From Algoriphagus sp. (lineage in GTDB: Bacteria > Bacteroidota > Bacteroidia > Cytophagales > Cyclobacteriaceae): a stretch of 64,000 nucleotides of DNA. Location: the NCBI GenBank assembly GCA_046597285.1, contig JBKJKX010000047.1:9256-73255 (forward strand), in the 5' to 3' direction. Positions within the stretch are counted from its first letter, which is position 1; each line of letters begins with the position of its first letter. The translations under genes were made by a program, and so were the position numbers. Below the pieces are notes generated by a model. The model was not told where the DNA came from, did no database searches, and saw only the letters and a list, made by a program, of their open reading frames with translations. Positions 46,423 through 55,299 of the stretch are shown here, in pieces.

Positions 46423-49326
46423 TTAGAAAGAATATGCAAAGCTAAATTTGATTTTCACGCCAGGGGCAATACTCGAGAAAATCTGATCCTGAGCATCATA
46501 AGACTGGAATACAAACTCTCTTTTTTCATTCAATAAGTTCTCTACTCCGAAGCCTGCCTGAACTCGCTCATCTGCTCCAAATGTCTTGTTTAAATTAAGA
46601 TTCAAAGAATTAAAGGGCACAGAGTACGTATCCGTTCTGTTTCCGAAACCAACATAGTTAAGCGTAGGACCCTGAACGTTGTAGAAAACTCCTGCTTCCC
46701 ATCCGGTGGCGTAATTCTGGAACGCTAAACCTGTGTTGATTATGTATGGTGCCTGACCTGCCATATCACGGGTGTTTTTTACAATTTCTCCCTCTCTTGC
46801 AGTAAGAGATCTCGATTTAAACTCAGACGCAGACATTTTGATTTGAGAATCAGTCACGGTGACATTCGTATTCCAGCTGAAGTTCTTTAAAGCAGGAGCA
46901 ATCATGTCTAAAGACTTTCTAAACTCAAACTCCAAACCTGCCACGGTGCCATTTCCTACGTTTCTTGGCTGGAAAGATCCCGGATCTGAAAGGAATTGTA
47001 CGATCTCTATAGGTCTTTCAAAAGTTTTATAGAAGGCACTTACAGAAAGCATTTGACCTCTTTCCTGAAATGCTTCCCATCTCAAATCATAATTGTTGAT
47101 GCGGGTTGAAGTAAGATTGCCATCCCAAAGTACTTCAGTACCACCGTTAGTGGTTTCTTTATAAAGACCTCCGATAAACGTACGGCCGGTGATCGGATCC
47201 AGAATTTCAGCGTAAGACAATTCTTTGAAAGATGGTCTTGCAGTTGTTCTTGATGCAGATAATCTTAGATTTTGATTCTCCTTTAAATTGTAAATAAGAT
47301 TTACAGTAGGGAAGAAATCTAAATCATTGAGCATCTCAACTAAATCATAGACGATCGTTCCTGTCTGGTTTGTACCGGTATAATACTGGTTGAATTTCTC
47401 AACTCTTAATCCCAGGATAGCTTTCAGATTGTTTGCTGGATTTGCTTCCAATGAAGTGTAACCACCGATATTGGTCACGATAGACTGATATTCATTTGGA
47501 TTGATTGGAAGGAAGTCAGCATTGTATCGTACCCCATTTCTGTTTGTTGCTGAGAATAAATTCTCTTCATTCAGGATCGCATTTGGATCACCGTTCAACT
47601 CTGTATTACCTGTTGCAAACTGGAAACTCTGGATTGTGAAATCACGGTTTTTGAAAGCATAGCTTGAACCAAATTTCAATTTGGCATCTCTGTCAAACAG
47701 GGAAAGCTGTCTCGTTAAGTCGATTTTACCTACAACATTATTCTCTTCAAGATTTCTCCAGATACGGGCAGGAAGACCTACTTCTGTTGAAATTGTATTT
47801 TCCGGAACTCGGAATCTTGTGAATCTGACATCCGGATCTTCGATCGTGGACCGAGTCGGAGCGATTTTCCAATTGATTTCCCAGTTTCTGCCGTTCAGGA
47901 AATGGGTTCCTCCCAGAAGCACACTGGTTAATGCTCTCTGACTATACTCGAGATTGTATTGTTTCGCGGCAAAGTTTGCCCCCAGGTTGGTGTTGATAAA
48001 ATCAAATTCTCCTGCTTTTGATTCTCCATTCTGAAGGTGAATGAAATTGATCTTAAACTTAGATTTATCAGTTTTCATAGCAATACCGGCCAATCCGCCA
48101 AGCATAACATTATTCACACCGTAGTCACCCACTTGTCTTTCCAAGGGTTCCAACTCAGTTTCAGTAGACTCTCTTGGTTTTGCATAAAGGCTAAACTCAG
48201 CATCCTGGTAAAATTCAGTTTCGTTTTTGTACGTCACAGCCACATTGTATCCCCAAGTCACTTTTGACCCTGCAATTTGATTTCCAAGTGAAAAGCCTAA
48301 TCCAGAATCCATCAAACTATTATTTCTATATCCACCCAAAGTTTGATTGAAGCCACCAAGAATTTCCTGATACTCCAAACCCGCAGGGCTATTTGGATTG
48401 CCTACTACGCCACCATACTGGGGAATGTTTGTACTTCCTCCCGTAGGAATTGCTCTGGTTCCATCGTCAAAACCCAACCAATCTGTCTGGCCACCATCGT
48501 ATGTGAGGTAATTGCTATTGAAGTGCATAGAAGGATTGATTCCTCCTGAGATATTCAGTTTAGCAGATTTCTCCTCAGGAAAGTCTTTTGTCTCGATATC
48601 TACCACACCTCCGGTGAAATCAGCTGGAAGCTCAGCGGTAAAAGATTTAGAGACAATAATATTGTCAATTACGTTGGTAGGGAAAATATCCATTTGGATC
48701 GTGTTTCGATCCGGATCGAGTCCGGGAATGTCCATTCCGTTCAGAACAGTCTTAGTGTATCGATCTCCGAGACCACGTACGTAAACATATTTCCCACCTT
48801 CGATGGATACACCGGTTACACGTTTTACCGCAGATGCGGCATCACCGTCTCCAATTTGTCTGAAAGTACTTGCAGAAATACCGTCCATCAAGTTGGCTGC
48901 ATTTCTCTTTACTGACATCAGGGCGTTTTCTGTAGTTCTGATAGCTCCCGCAGAAACCGTCACTGTTTCCAGTTCGGAAGCTTCTTCAAGCATCATAACA
49001 TCATTTACTACAAATACAGCTCCTTCTTTCACTTCCACGCTGGTCACATCCACTGTTGAATAGGACATGTAGGAAATTTGAAGTGAGTAAGTTCCCGGGG
49101 CAACCTGAATTTCAAACTTTCCGTCGAAATCGGTAATTGCTCCGGTAGAGATTTCTTTAACCAAAATAGAAACTCCAAATAGAGGTTCGCCGGTAGATTG
49201 CTCATAGACAGCACCTCTGATGGTACCTGTCTGAGCGAAGGCAAAGCCTGCAATAAACTGAGCTATGACAAGCAGAAGGAGAATTAACGTTCGCTTAAGG
49301 AACAGTTTGGATGATTTATTTTTCAT
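46423..49326 (-). CDS. TonB-dependent receptor (non-SusC type)
   Basis: Signal peptide, carboxypeptidase-like N-domain, plug AVKRVTGVSIEGGKYVYVRGLGDRY, RTTARPSFKEL, C-terminal FAYSF. Confidence 0.93.
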   Translation of the reverse strand: MKNKSSKLFLKRTLILLLLVIAQFIAGFAFAQTGTIRGAVYEQSTGEPLFGVSILVKEISTGAITDFDGKFEIQVAPGTYSLQISYMSYSTVDVTSVEVKEGAVFVVNDVMMLEEASELETVTVSAGAIRTTENALMSVKRNAANLMDGISASTFRQIGDGDAASAVKRVTGVSIEGGKYVYVRGLGDRYTKTVLNGMDIPGLDPDRNTIQMDIFPTNVIDNIIVSKSFTAELPADFTGGVVDIETKDFPEEKSAKLNISGGINPSMHFNSNYLTYDGGQTDWLGFDDGTRAIPTGGSTNIPQYGGVVGNPNSPAGLEYQEILGGFNQTLGGYRNNSLMDSGLGFSLGNQIAGSKVTWGYNVAVTYKNETEFYQDAEFSLYAKPRESTETELEPLERQVGDYGVNNVMLGGLAGIAMKTDKSKFKINFIHLQNGESKAGEFDFINTNLGANFAAKQYNLEYSQRALTSVLLGGTHFLNGRNWEINWKIAPTRSTIEDPDVRFTRFRVPENTISTEVGLPARIWRNLEENNVVGKIDLTRQLSLFDRDAKLKFGSSYAFKNRDFTIQSFQFATGNTELNGDPNAILNEENLFSATNRNGVRYNADFLPINPNEYQSIVTNIGGYTSLEANPANNLKAILGLRVEKFNQYYTGTNQTGTIVYDLVEMLNDLDFFPTVNLIYNLKENQNLRLSASRTTARPSFKELSYAEILDPITGRTFIGGLYKETTNGGTEVLWDGNLTSTRINNYDLRWEAFQERGQMLSVSAFYKTFERPIEIVQFLSDPGSFQPRNVGNGTVAGLEFEFRKSLDMIAPALKNFSWNTNVTVTDSQIKMSASEFKSRSLTAREGEIVKNTRDMAGQAPYIINTGLAFQNYATGWEAGVFYNVQGPTLNYVGFGNRTDTYSVPFNSLNLNLNKTFGADERVQAGFGVENLLNEKREFVFQSYDAQDQIFSSIAPGVKIKFSFAYSF

Positions 49327-49357
49327 ACAGCAAATTGATTTTTACTTAATTCAAAAG

Positions 49358-49391
49358 GGAAAGGAAGTAACCTTGCAAGTCCTTCCTTTCC
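49358..49391 (-). promoter_or_regulatory. Intra-operon stem-loop between the lipoprotein and the receptor
   Basis: 10-bp stem GGAAAGGAAG/CTTCCTTTCC with a 14-nt loop in the 86-bp gap. Confidence 0.55.
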
Positions 49392-49412
49392 AATTGGAAT
49401 CCTTTGTTATTA

Positions 49413-50645
49413 TTATTTGAAATCAGCTAATTGACCGGCTACGTCAGCCCAAGTCCAGCCTGTGAATACAGATTTTATTGCTCCCACAGTATTTGCTTTA
49501 GCTGCTACTTCAGAAGCAGAAGCGTCAGTACCATTTCTGAACACAGTTTTTAGAGTTACTCCGGCAGCAAGAGTTGCTTCCAGTTTTGTGAATTTGAGTG
49601 TGCCAGCAGCAAATGTTGCCAAGGTTTTGTCACCGCTAAGAGACAAATCTCCTCTTCCTGTTGTAGTAGCAGGATCTGCGAATCCGAAGAAGTAAAGGTT
49701 TTCAAAAGTGCCTTTTGCACCGTCTCTGAAGTCACCGAACTCGGCAATGTTATTTCCTTTGATTGAACCGTTTTTTAGGGTATGGGCTGCACTGAATGAA
49801 CCTTCAGGTCCGTCGATCTCTAAGGCATGGTCTGTCTCAGAACCGGAAATCACGATAAAGTTGTCCAAAATACCTGACCATGCCTGATCTGTATCTAGTC
49901 CGTCGTCTCCAACATTCCATACTATCGCATTCTTAACAGAAACTTTTCCACCAAACCATTCGATTCCATCATCCTGGTTTCCGATTACTTCAACGTTTTC
50001 GATTACTGTACCTGAACCAACTCCTCCAAGTGTAAGACCATTGATTTCGTTTCCTTCTCCGATGTTAGCACCGCCATGACGGATTGATATGTATTTGATA
50101 ACACCTGAATTATCAGCATCATCCGAACCTCCATACAAACCATTGATATCTGAAGCAGGAATTCCTTCGATTTGGATTTCAGTTACATCCCCGCCGAATG
50201 ATCCTTTTGCTTTACCTAAAACAAGTACACCACCCCAAAGTCCTGTCAAATCAGCATCTAAATTTGGAGATGCGATTTGGCCTGGTTTGATTTCGTCAGC
50301 GGTGGTAGTGAAAATAATAGGACTTGTTGCTGTTCCAACTGCATTGATTTTTGCTCCTCTGGCAATCACTAAAGCTGAAGCATTTGCCCCTGTACCAACT
50401 TCACCCTTTACAATAACTCCTGGCTGGATGGTCAGCGTGTTTCCTGCAGTTACAGCAATTCTTCCTGATAAAACGTAGGTTTTTCCTGTTGTCCAGGTTT
50501 GACTTGAAGTGATGTTTCCGGTAATTTTAACATCGCTTGCGCCAGTAGTATTGTCGATAACCGGCTTTTCATTCCCTTCGATGCAGCTTGTGAATCCGAT
50601 CACCGCCGCTAAAAGTAAAGTGCTGAAAGCTTTAAAGTTTTTCAT
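49413..50645 (-). CDS. Surface lipoprotein with a parallel beta-helix pattern, partner of the downstream receptor
   Basis: Lipobox FTSC, TLTIQPG...ALVIARGAKINAVGT...PIIFT, GLWGG, DDADNSG...YISIRHGG, DDGIEWFGG. Confidence 0.8.
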   Translation of the reverse strand: MKNFKAFSTLLLAAVIGFTSCIEGNEKPVIDNTTGASDVKITGNITSSQTWTTGKTYVLSGRIAVTAGNTLTIQPGVIVKGEVGTGANASALVIARGAKINAVGTATSPIIFTTTADEIKPGQIASPNLDADLTGLWGGVLVLGKAKGSFGGDVTEIQIEGIPASDINGLYGGSDDADNSGVIKYISIRHGGANIGEGNEINGLTLGGVGSGTVIENVEVIGNQDDGIEWFGGKVSVKNAIVWNVGDDGLDTDQAWSGILDNFIVISGSETDHALEIDGPEGSFSAAHTLKNGSIKGNNIAEFGDFRDGAKGTFENLYFFGFADPATTTGRGDLSLSGDKTLATFAAGTLKFTKLEATLAAGVTLKTVFRNGTDASASEVAAKANTVGAIKSVFTGWTWADVAGQLADFK

Positions 50646-50780
50646 TTGGTATAATTGAAATGTGGTTTAGCTTTTTTTACAATACAAAATTGGGTCAATT
50701 ATATCCGGCAAGTGAATTATTTGAATTATGCTTTTTTTAACATTGAAGACAGCATTTAATATTGAATTAACAAAAAGGGC

Positions 50781-50810
50781 AAAAAAAAAGGCCTTCTTGT
50801 CAGAAGGCCT
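50781..50810 (-). terminator. Terminator after the MoxR ATPase gene
   Basis: Stem AGGCCTTCT/AGAAGGCCT with a left A9 tract. Confidence 0.82.
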
Positions 50811-50821
50811 CTTAAACACGG

Positions 50822-50843
50822 TTTCAATGTTATTTCAATGTTA
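50822..50843. repeat. Perfect 11-bp tandem repeat (TTTCAATGTTA)x2 overlapping the MoxR stop codon
   Basis: Read directly: tttcaatgtta tttcaatgtta. It contains TGTTA-N6-TGTTA. Confidence 0.8.
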
Positions 50844-51801
50844 CCGATTTGTTTATCGGCACTTTTTCCAGCAAGATTTTAACAAGGTTTCGGGTGTTAA
50901 TTCCATCGGCTTCTGCCTCATAATTGAGGATGATCCGGTGATTGAGCACATCTTCGGCAATTTCCTTTATGTCTTCCGGCAATACAAAATCACGGCCATC
51001 CAGATAAGCAACCGCTTTTGCCGCAAGGTTAAGATTAATACTGGCTCTTGGAGATACCCCAAACTGAATGTATTTCGCTTCATTCTTCAATCCATAATCG
51101 GAAGGGAATCGGGTAGCGAATACCAACTCGATGATGTAATGCTCCAAAGGCTCAGCAATTTTCACCGCATTGATTTCATTTTTAATGTCAAAAATATCTT
51201 GTTTGGAAAGAATTGCTCGCACATCAGAAGTAAACTGCATGTTTGCCATGCGACGCATGACCTCCATCTCGTCGGACTTACTCGGATAGTCGATGTGGAC
51301 TTTCATCATGAATCTATCTACTTGCGCCTCGGGCAAGGGATAAGTTCCTTCCTGATCCACCGGGTTCTGAGTAGCCAAAACCAAAAATGGTTTATCTAAC
51401 AAGTAGGTGGTATCGCCAATCGTCACTTGCTTCTCCTGCATCGCTTCCAGCAAAGCTGACTGCACCTTAGCAGGAGATCGGTTCACTTCATCCGCCAGGA
51501 TCAGGTTAGAAAAAATAGGTCCCTTCTTCACCTCAAAATTCCCATTCTGCTGATTGTAAATCATCGTTCCGATGAGGTCGGAAGGCAATAAGTCAGGAGT
51601 AAATTGAATCCGGTTGAAATCCAGATGAAGGACTTTTGCCAATGTATTTACCGTAAGTGTCTTTGCAAGGCCCGGCACACCTTCCAGCAAAATATGTCCA
51701 TTGGTAAAAAGACCAATCAGCAGTCGGGTAACCATTCGGTCCTGACCTACCACTACTTTTTTTACCTCCTGAATTACTTCTGCTATTTTTTCCTGATGCA
51801 T
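50830..51801 (-). CDS. moxR: MoxR family AAA+ ATPase
   Basis: HILLEGVPGLAKT, RIQFTPDLLPSD, LADEVNR, ATQNP..QEGTYPLPEAQ.DRF, GVSPRA. Confidence 0.93.
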   Translation of the reverse strand: MHQEKIAEVIQEVKKVVVGQDRMVTRLLIGLFTNGHILLEGVPGLAKTLTVNTLAKVLHLDFNRIQFTPDLLPSDLIGTMIYNQQNGNFEVKKGPIFSNLILADEVNRSPAKVQSALLEAMQEKQVTIGDTTYLLDKPFLVLATQNPVDQEGTYPLPEAQVDRFMMKVHIDYPSKSDEMEVMRRMANMQFTSDVRAILSKQDIFDIKNEINAVKIAEPLEHYIIELVFATRFPSDYGLKNEAKYIQFGVSPRASINLNLAAKAVAYLDGRDFVLPEDIKEIAEDVLNHRIILNYEAEADGINTRNLVKILLEKVPINKSVTLK

Positions 51802-51918
51802 GAAATCTGTAATGTTTAATACTGAACACGTGGGCTAAAATACTTGAATTTGTCCCAAAGGACAATCTTAAATCTTTGAAGCGGCAAACCCTCGTGCCGA
51901 ATGGGATTTTAGGAATTT

Positions 51919-52554
51919 TTAAGACCTGTCAGGCTTATTTTTTCCATGTGAAGGAGCTCCAGTTTTGGCGAACCCCGTCAATCCTAATTGGTGATAAACT
52001 GACTTTTGGTCCATCTCTCTCACTTCTCCTGATTCAAATCCGGCAATGTTGATTTTTTCCATCGACCATCTTACCAGACGTAGGGTCGGAAATCCAACTG
52101 CTGCCGTCATTTTGCGAACCTGTCGGTTTTTCCCTTCGATCAAGGTAAGCTCAATCCAGGAGTCCGGAAGCAAAGCCCTGTATCTAATCGGCGGATTTCT
52201 CTCAGGTAACTCTAGCCCTTCTGGCAAAAGTTTGGCAAGTGCCTGCTTGGTCAGGTATTCTTTTCCGTCAATAGTGATCGTGACACCTTTCCTCAATTGC
52301 ACCAAAGCCGCCTCAGTTGGTATCCCCTCCACCTGCGCCAAATAGGTGCGTTGGTGGCCAAAGCGAGGATTCAGCATATGATGATTTAGCCATTTATCAT
52401 CAGTGATCAGTAGCATGCCTTCGCTGTCTTTATCCAGTCTGCCGACAGGATATATTTCCTTCGGAAAAGCAGCAAGAGAGGCCAAAGTGGGCCCCTCTCC
52501 TGAGAATTGTGTCAAAACCCCAAAGGGCTTATACGTGATGAAATAACTTGGCAC
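51919..52554 (-). CDS. rRNA pseudouridine synthase, RluE-like (no S4 domain)
   Basis: KPFGVLTQF, GRLDKDSEG, RNPPIRYR, EGKNRQVRKMTA.VG.PTLRL. Confidence 0.88.
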   Translation of the reverse strand: MPSYFITYKPFGVLTQFSGEGPTLASLAAFPKEIYPVGRLDKDSEGMLLITDDKWLNHHMLNPRFGHQRTYLAQVEGIPTEAALVQLRKGVTITIDGKEYLTKQALAKLLPEGLELPERNPPIRYRALLPDSWIELTLIEGKNRQVRKMTAAVGFPTLRLVRWSMEKINIAGFESGEVREMDQKSVYHQLGLTGFAKTGAPSHGKNKPDRS

Positions 52555-52566
52555 GGGCTATGAAGC

Positions 52567-52743
52567 TTAACTTCCGCAACCGATGCAGTCGAAGTGTGAG
52601 TCCATTGGTTTCACACCTTTCAGTTGCATTTCCAAATTATGAATCTGATCTCTGGTCTCCATATCTGAAAACATGTTCCCGGTAAGGGTTGACTTCAGAG
52701 AGTTGATTGCCTCCTGAATGGCGCTGATTTGTTGTTCGGTCAT
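52567..52743 (-). CDS. Small protein (58 aa) ending in a CxxCGS motif
   Basis: MTEQQISAIQEAINSLKSTLTGNMFSDMETRDQIHNLEMQLKGVKPMDSHFDCIGCGS*. It is below the track cutoff and ends 12 bp before the next co-oriented gene. Confidence 0.8.
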   Translation of the reverse strand: MTEQQISAIQEAINSLKSTLTGNMFSDMETRDQIHNLEMQLKGVKPMDSHFDCIGCGS

Positions 52744-52880
52744 AAGTGGTTTTAGGGTTGAAGTGTGGGGTTAAAATAGGTAAGAATTAGGAAAAGTTCT
52801 GATTCAAAACCCAAATTATTACAACAAAAATGATTCCTGTTGATCGCGAGTAACTTAACTTCCAAAAAATAATTTCAAAA

Positions 52881-54005
52881 ATGTCTGTTGACCAACTAAT
52901 CCAACTCCGAAGAGCCCTCCATCAGAATCCCGAAATCGCTGAAGAAGAATCCGCAACTGCGAAAAGAATTTTAAACTTTTTCGATCTGCTAAAACCTGAT
53001 CAAACTATTCTGAATCTGGGAGGCCATGGATTAGCATTTGTTTTCAAAGGAGAAAATCCTGGAGTCCGAACGCTTTACCGCTGTGAACTGGATGCGTTGC
53101 CAATTGCCGAAATGGGAGAAAAAGAACACAAAAGTCTAGTGTTCGGAAAAGCTCATCTCTGCGGACACGATGGTCACATGGCAATTATTTGTGGATTAGG
53201 TGAAAGACTCGCAGCTCAAAAACCTGAAAATGGTGAGGTGGTCTTGTTGTTCCAGCCTGCAGAAGAAACTGGTCAAGGGGCAAAGGCTGTTTTAGCAGAT
53301 CCAAGATTTAATCAGATAAAGCCTGATTTTGCTTTTGCCCTCCATAATCTTCCCGGCTATCCACTTCATCAGGTAGTGTTGAAATCCGGCCCATTTGCTG
53401 CCGGCAGTACCGGCATGACAATTTCCCTCACCGGAACAACTTCTCATGCTGCGCATCCGGAAGATGGGCGCAATCCTGCACAGGCGATTGCCAAGTTAAT
53501 TCAAACACTTCCAGCTTTGCCAGAAAAACTAGAAGGATTTAGCCTAGTGACAATCATTCATGCGGAGCTGGGACGTAAAGCATTCGGAACAAGCGCAGGA
53601 GAAGGAAGCCTGAGTTTAACCCTACGGGCATTTAACCAGCAGGAGCTGGAGCAGTTGGTGAATCTGGCGAAGCAAGCCGCAACCGACCAAGCTAAAGAAC
53701 AAGGATTAAAAGTCGGATTCAGTTTTGAGCAGAGTTTCGCTGTTTCCAAAAATAATCCTGACTTATATAAAATGGCTGAAACCGTGGTGAATCAACTCCA
53801 GATGAATACCGTGGTGAAGCCGGACCCTTTTCGTTTTTCAGAAGATTTTGGTGCGTTTTCTCAAGCCTGCCCCGCTTTTCTTTTTGGGTTAGGTGCGGGG
53901 AAAGATTGTCCTCAGCTACATGAAGCCACTTATGATTTCCCGGATGAATTGATTGAAACCGGAATTAAAATTTTTGAGGGAATGGTGAGGAAAATTCACG
54001 GGTAA
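52881..54005 (+). CDS. M20D family amidohydrolase
   Basis: LHQNPE, RCELDALP, HLCGHDGH, FQPAEE, HAAHP, SEDFG, LHEATYDFPD. Confidence 0.92.
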   Translation: MSVDQLIQLRRALHQNPEIAEEESATAKRILNFFDLLKPDQTILNLGGHGLAFVFKGENPGVRTLYRCELDALPIAEMGEKEHKSLVFGKAHLCGHDGHMAIICGLGERLAAQKPENGEVVLLFQPAEETGQGAKAVLADPRFNQIKPDFAFALHNLPGYPLHQVVLKSGPFAAGSTGMTISLTGTTSHAAHPEDGRNPAQAIAKLIQTLPALPEKLEGFSLVTIIHAELGRKAFGTSAGEGSLSLTLRAFNQQELEQLVNLAKQAATDQAKEQGLKVGFSFEQSFAVSKNNPDLYKMAETVVNQLQMNTVVKPDPFRFSEDFGAFSQACPAFLFGLGAGKDCPQLHEATYDFPDELIETGIKIFEGMVRKIHG

Positions 54006-54259
54006 AGTGAGCATTAATTAAAACCACAAAGAACACAAACGTTTGCAAAGAAGGCCAGGAAATTTCCCATCGGGATATCCTATTGGTAGCCAGGATACAA
54101 TCCCTGTGTAAATGATTAGAAGTGAATTTGGTTTTTGGCCGTTTTCACATCAATCGGAAAGTATTGGTTCGGCCAAAAACAATTGAGATTGATGATTGAT
54201 AATAAATCCAATTGATCTGGATTCGAGATTACAAATCTCTAATAGCAGGAACTATTTTA

Positions 54260-54333
54260 CCGTCACTGAGAGGTACGAAGCAGCCTATACAAAAAGAAGA
54301 TTGCTTCTCCGCTGCCTCTGATCGCAATGATGG
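54260..54333. repeat. Degenerate REP-like palindromic element
   Basis: CCGTCACTGAGAGGTACGAAGCAGCCT...AGATTGCTTC...TCGCAATGATGG, imperfectly self-complementary. It resembles the GTCATTGCGAG..GAAGCAATCT/AGATTGCTTC..CTCGCAATGAC repeat type (recalled, not searched). Confidence 0.55.
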
Positions 54334-54337
54334 AATC

Positions 54338-54367
54338 AAAAAAAGCCGGCTTCAACCGGCTTTTTTT
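54338..54367. terminator. Bidirectional terminator
   Basis: AAAAAAAGCCGG-CTTCAA-CCGGCTTTTTTT. Confidence 0.85.
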
Positions 54368-54370
54368 GAT

Positions 54371-55156
54371 TTAGAAATCTGAATACTCGGCAGGATACAA
54401 GAGTCTCTGATCGTTTTTATTCATCACATTCTGATACTCCGGCATCACTTTCATTCTGTCCCAATCAGGATCAGTTCCGAATGCTTTCCAATGTGCTTCG
54501 CGGGATTCGATGTTGGTAAAGGTGGTCATGTACATCAGATTGGGCATGTTAGCTCCTGAAATCACTTGTGCATAAAACACAGGATTGAAATCCAACTTGG
54601 TGAAGATATCTATTTCTCCTTCGTTGAACATTTTTACTTTTTGCTCATGCAAAAGCTCAGTAGGGCTTTCATAGCTTCTCAATTCATACACTCTGTCCTT
54701 CTTCGGACCTGTCACTTTTGATTCCGTGAATCTCGGCTGTCCGGTGAAAGCCTGCAAAAATGCAGTTTCAATTCGCTTGTAAGGAGGATTGTCAAACGGC
54801 GCATTGATATATGCTGCACCTGCGGAAAGGTAGGCGGCGTCCTTCTTCAATTTGGCGTCTAAGCCTGCATAAACCTTCATAGATTTATAAGGAATAAGTA
54901 CATAGACTACTTTCCCAGCATCTGCCTGTGAGGCGATCGGCTTGAATACGCCAACTTTGGCGATGCCATTTCTATGCAGTGCTGGCAAAAGCGCCTTTTC
55001 AAGATACGCGTCTAGCTGACTTTCCTGACTTGCAGTTTCGATGTGATATTTCCTCAATTCATAAAAATCTTTTTTGGTATTTTGAGCGAATACGCTCAAG
55101 GTCAAAAGAGTAAAAATTACAAGCAAAGTAATCGGGATCAGTTTTTTTGTTTTCAT
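54371..55156 (-). CDS. Secreted NIPSNAP family protein (two domains)
   Basis: Signal peptide, FYELRKYH and VYELRSYE repeats, REAHWKAF..DPDW. Confidence 0.88.
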   Translation of the reverse strand: MKTKKLIPITLLVIFTLLTLSVFAQNTKKDFYELRKYHIETASQESQLDAYLEKALLPALHRNGIAKVGVFKPIASQADAGKVVYVLIPYKSMKVYAGLDAKLKKDAAYLSAGAAYINAPFDNPPYKRIETAFLQAFTGQPRFTESKVTGPKKDRVYELRSYESPTELLHEQKVKMFNEGEIDIFTKLDFNPVFYAQVISGANMPNLMYMTTFTNIESREAHWKAFGTDPDWDRMKVMPEYQNVMNKNDQRLLYPAEYSDF

Positions 55157-55299
55157 GACTATAGGTTTTTTTAGGTTATTCCTTTTCGAATGCTAAGTTA
55201 AATTCAAAGTTGTCAGTTTATTTACCGCTTAAGGATTTGACTTTGTTCACTATAAGATTTTAAACAAAACCCCAAAGCTTTCACCTCGGGGTTTGATTA

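Noticed and set aside
50728-51399. 223-aa plus-strand ORF
   Set aside because: Antisense to moxR; a typical shadow ORF
11330-52554. Three rRNA-modification genes (rluF, rlmH, rluE-like) in one window
   Set aside because: They are 15-25 kb apart and unlinked; ordinary housekeeping scatter
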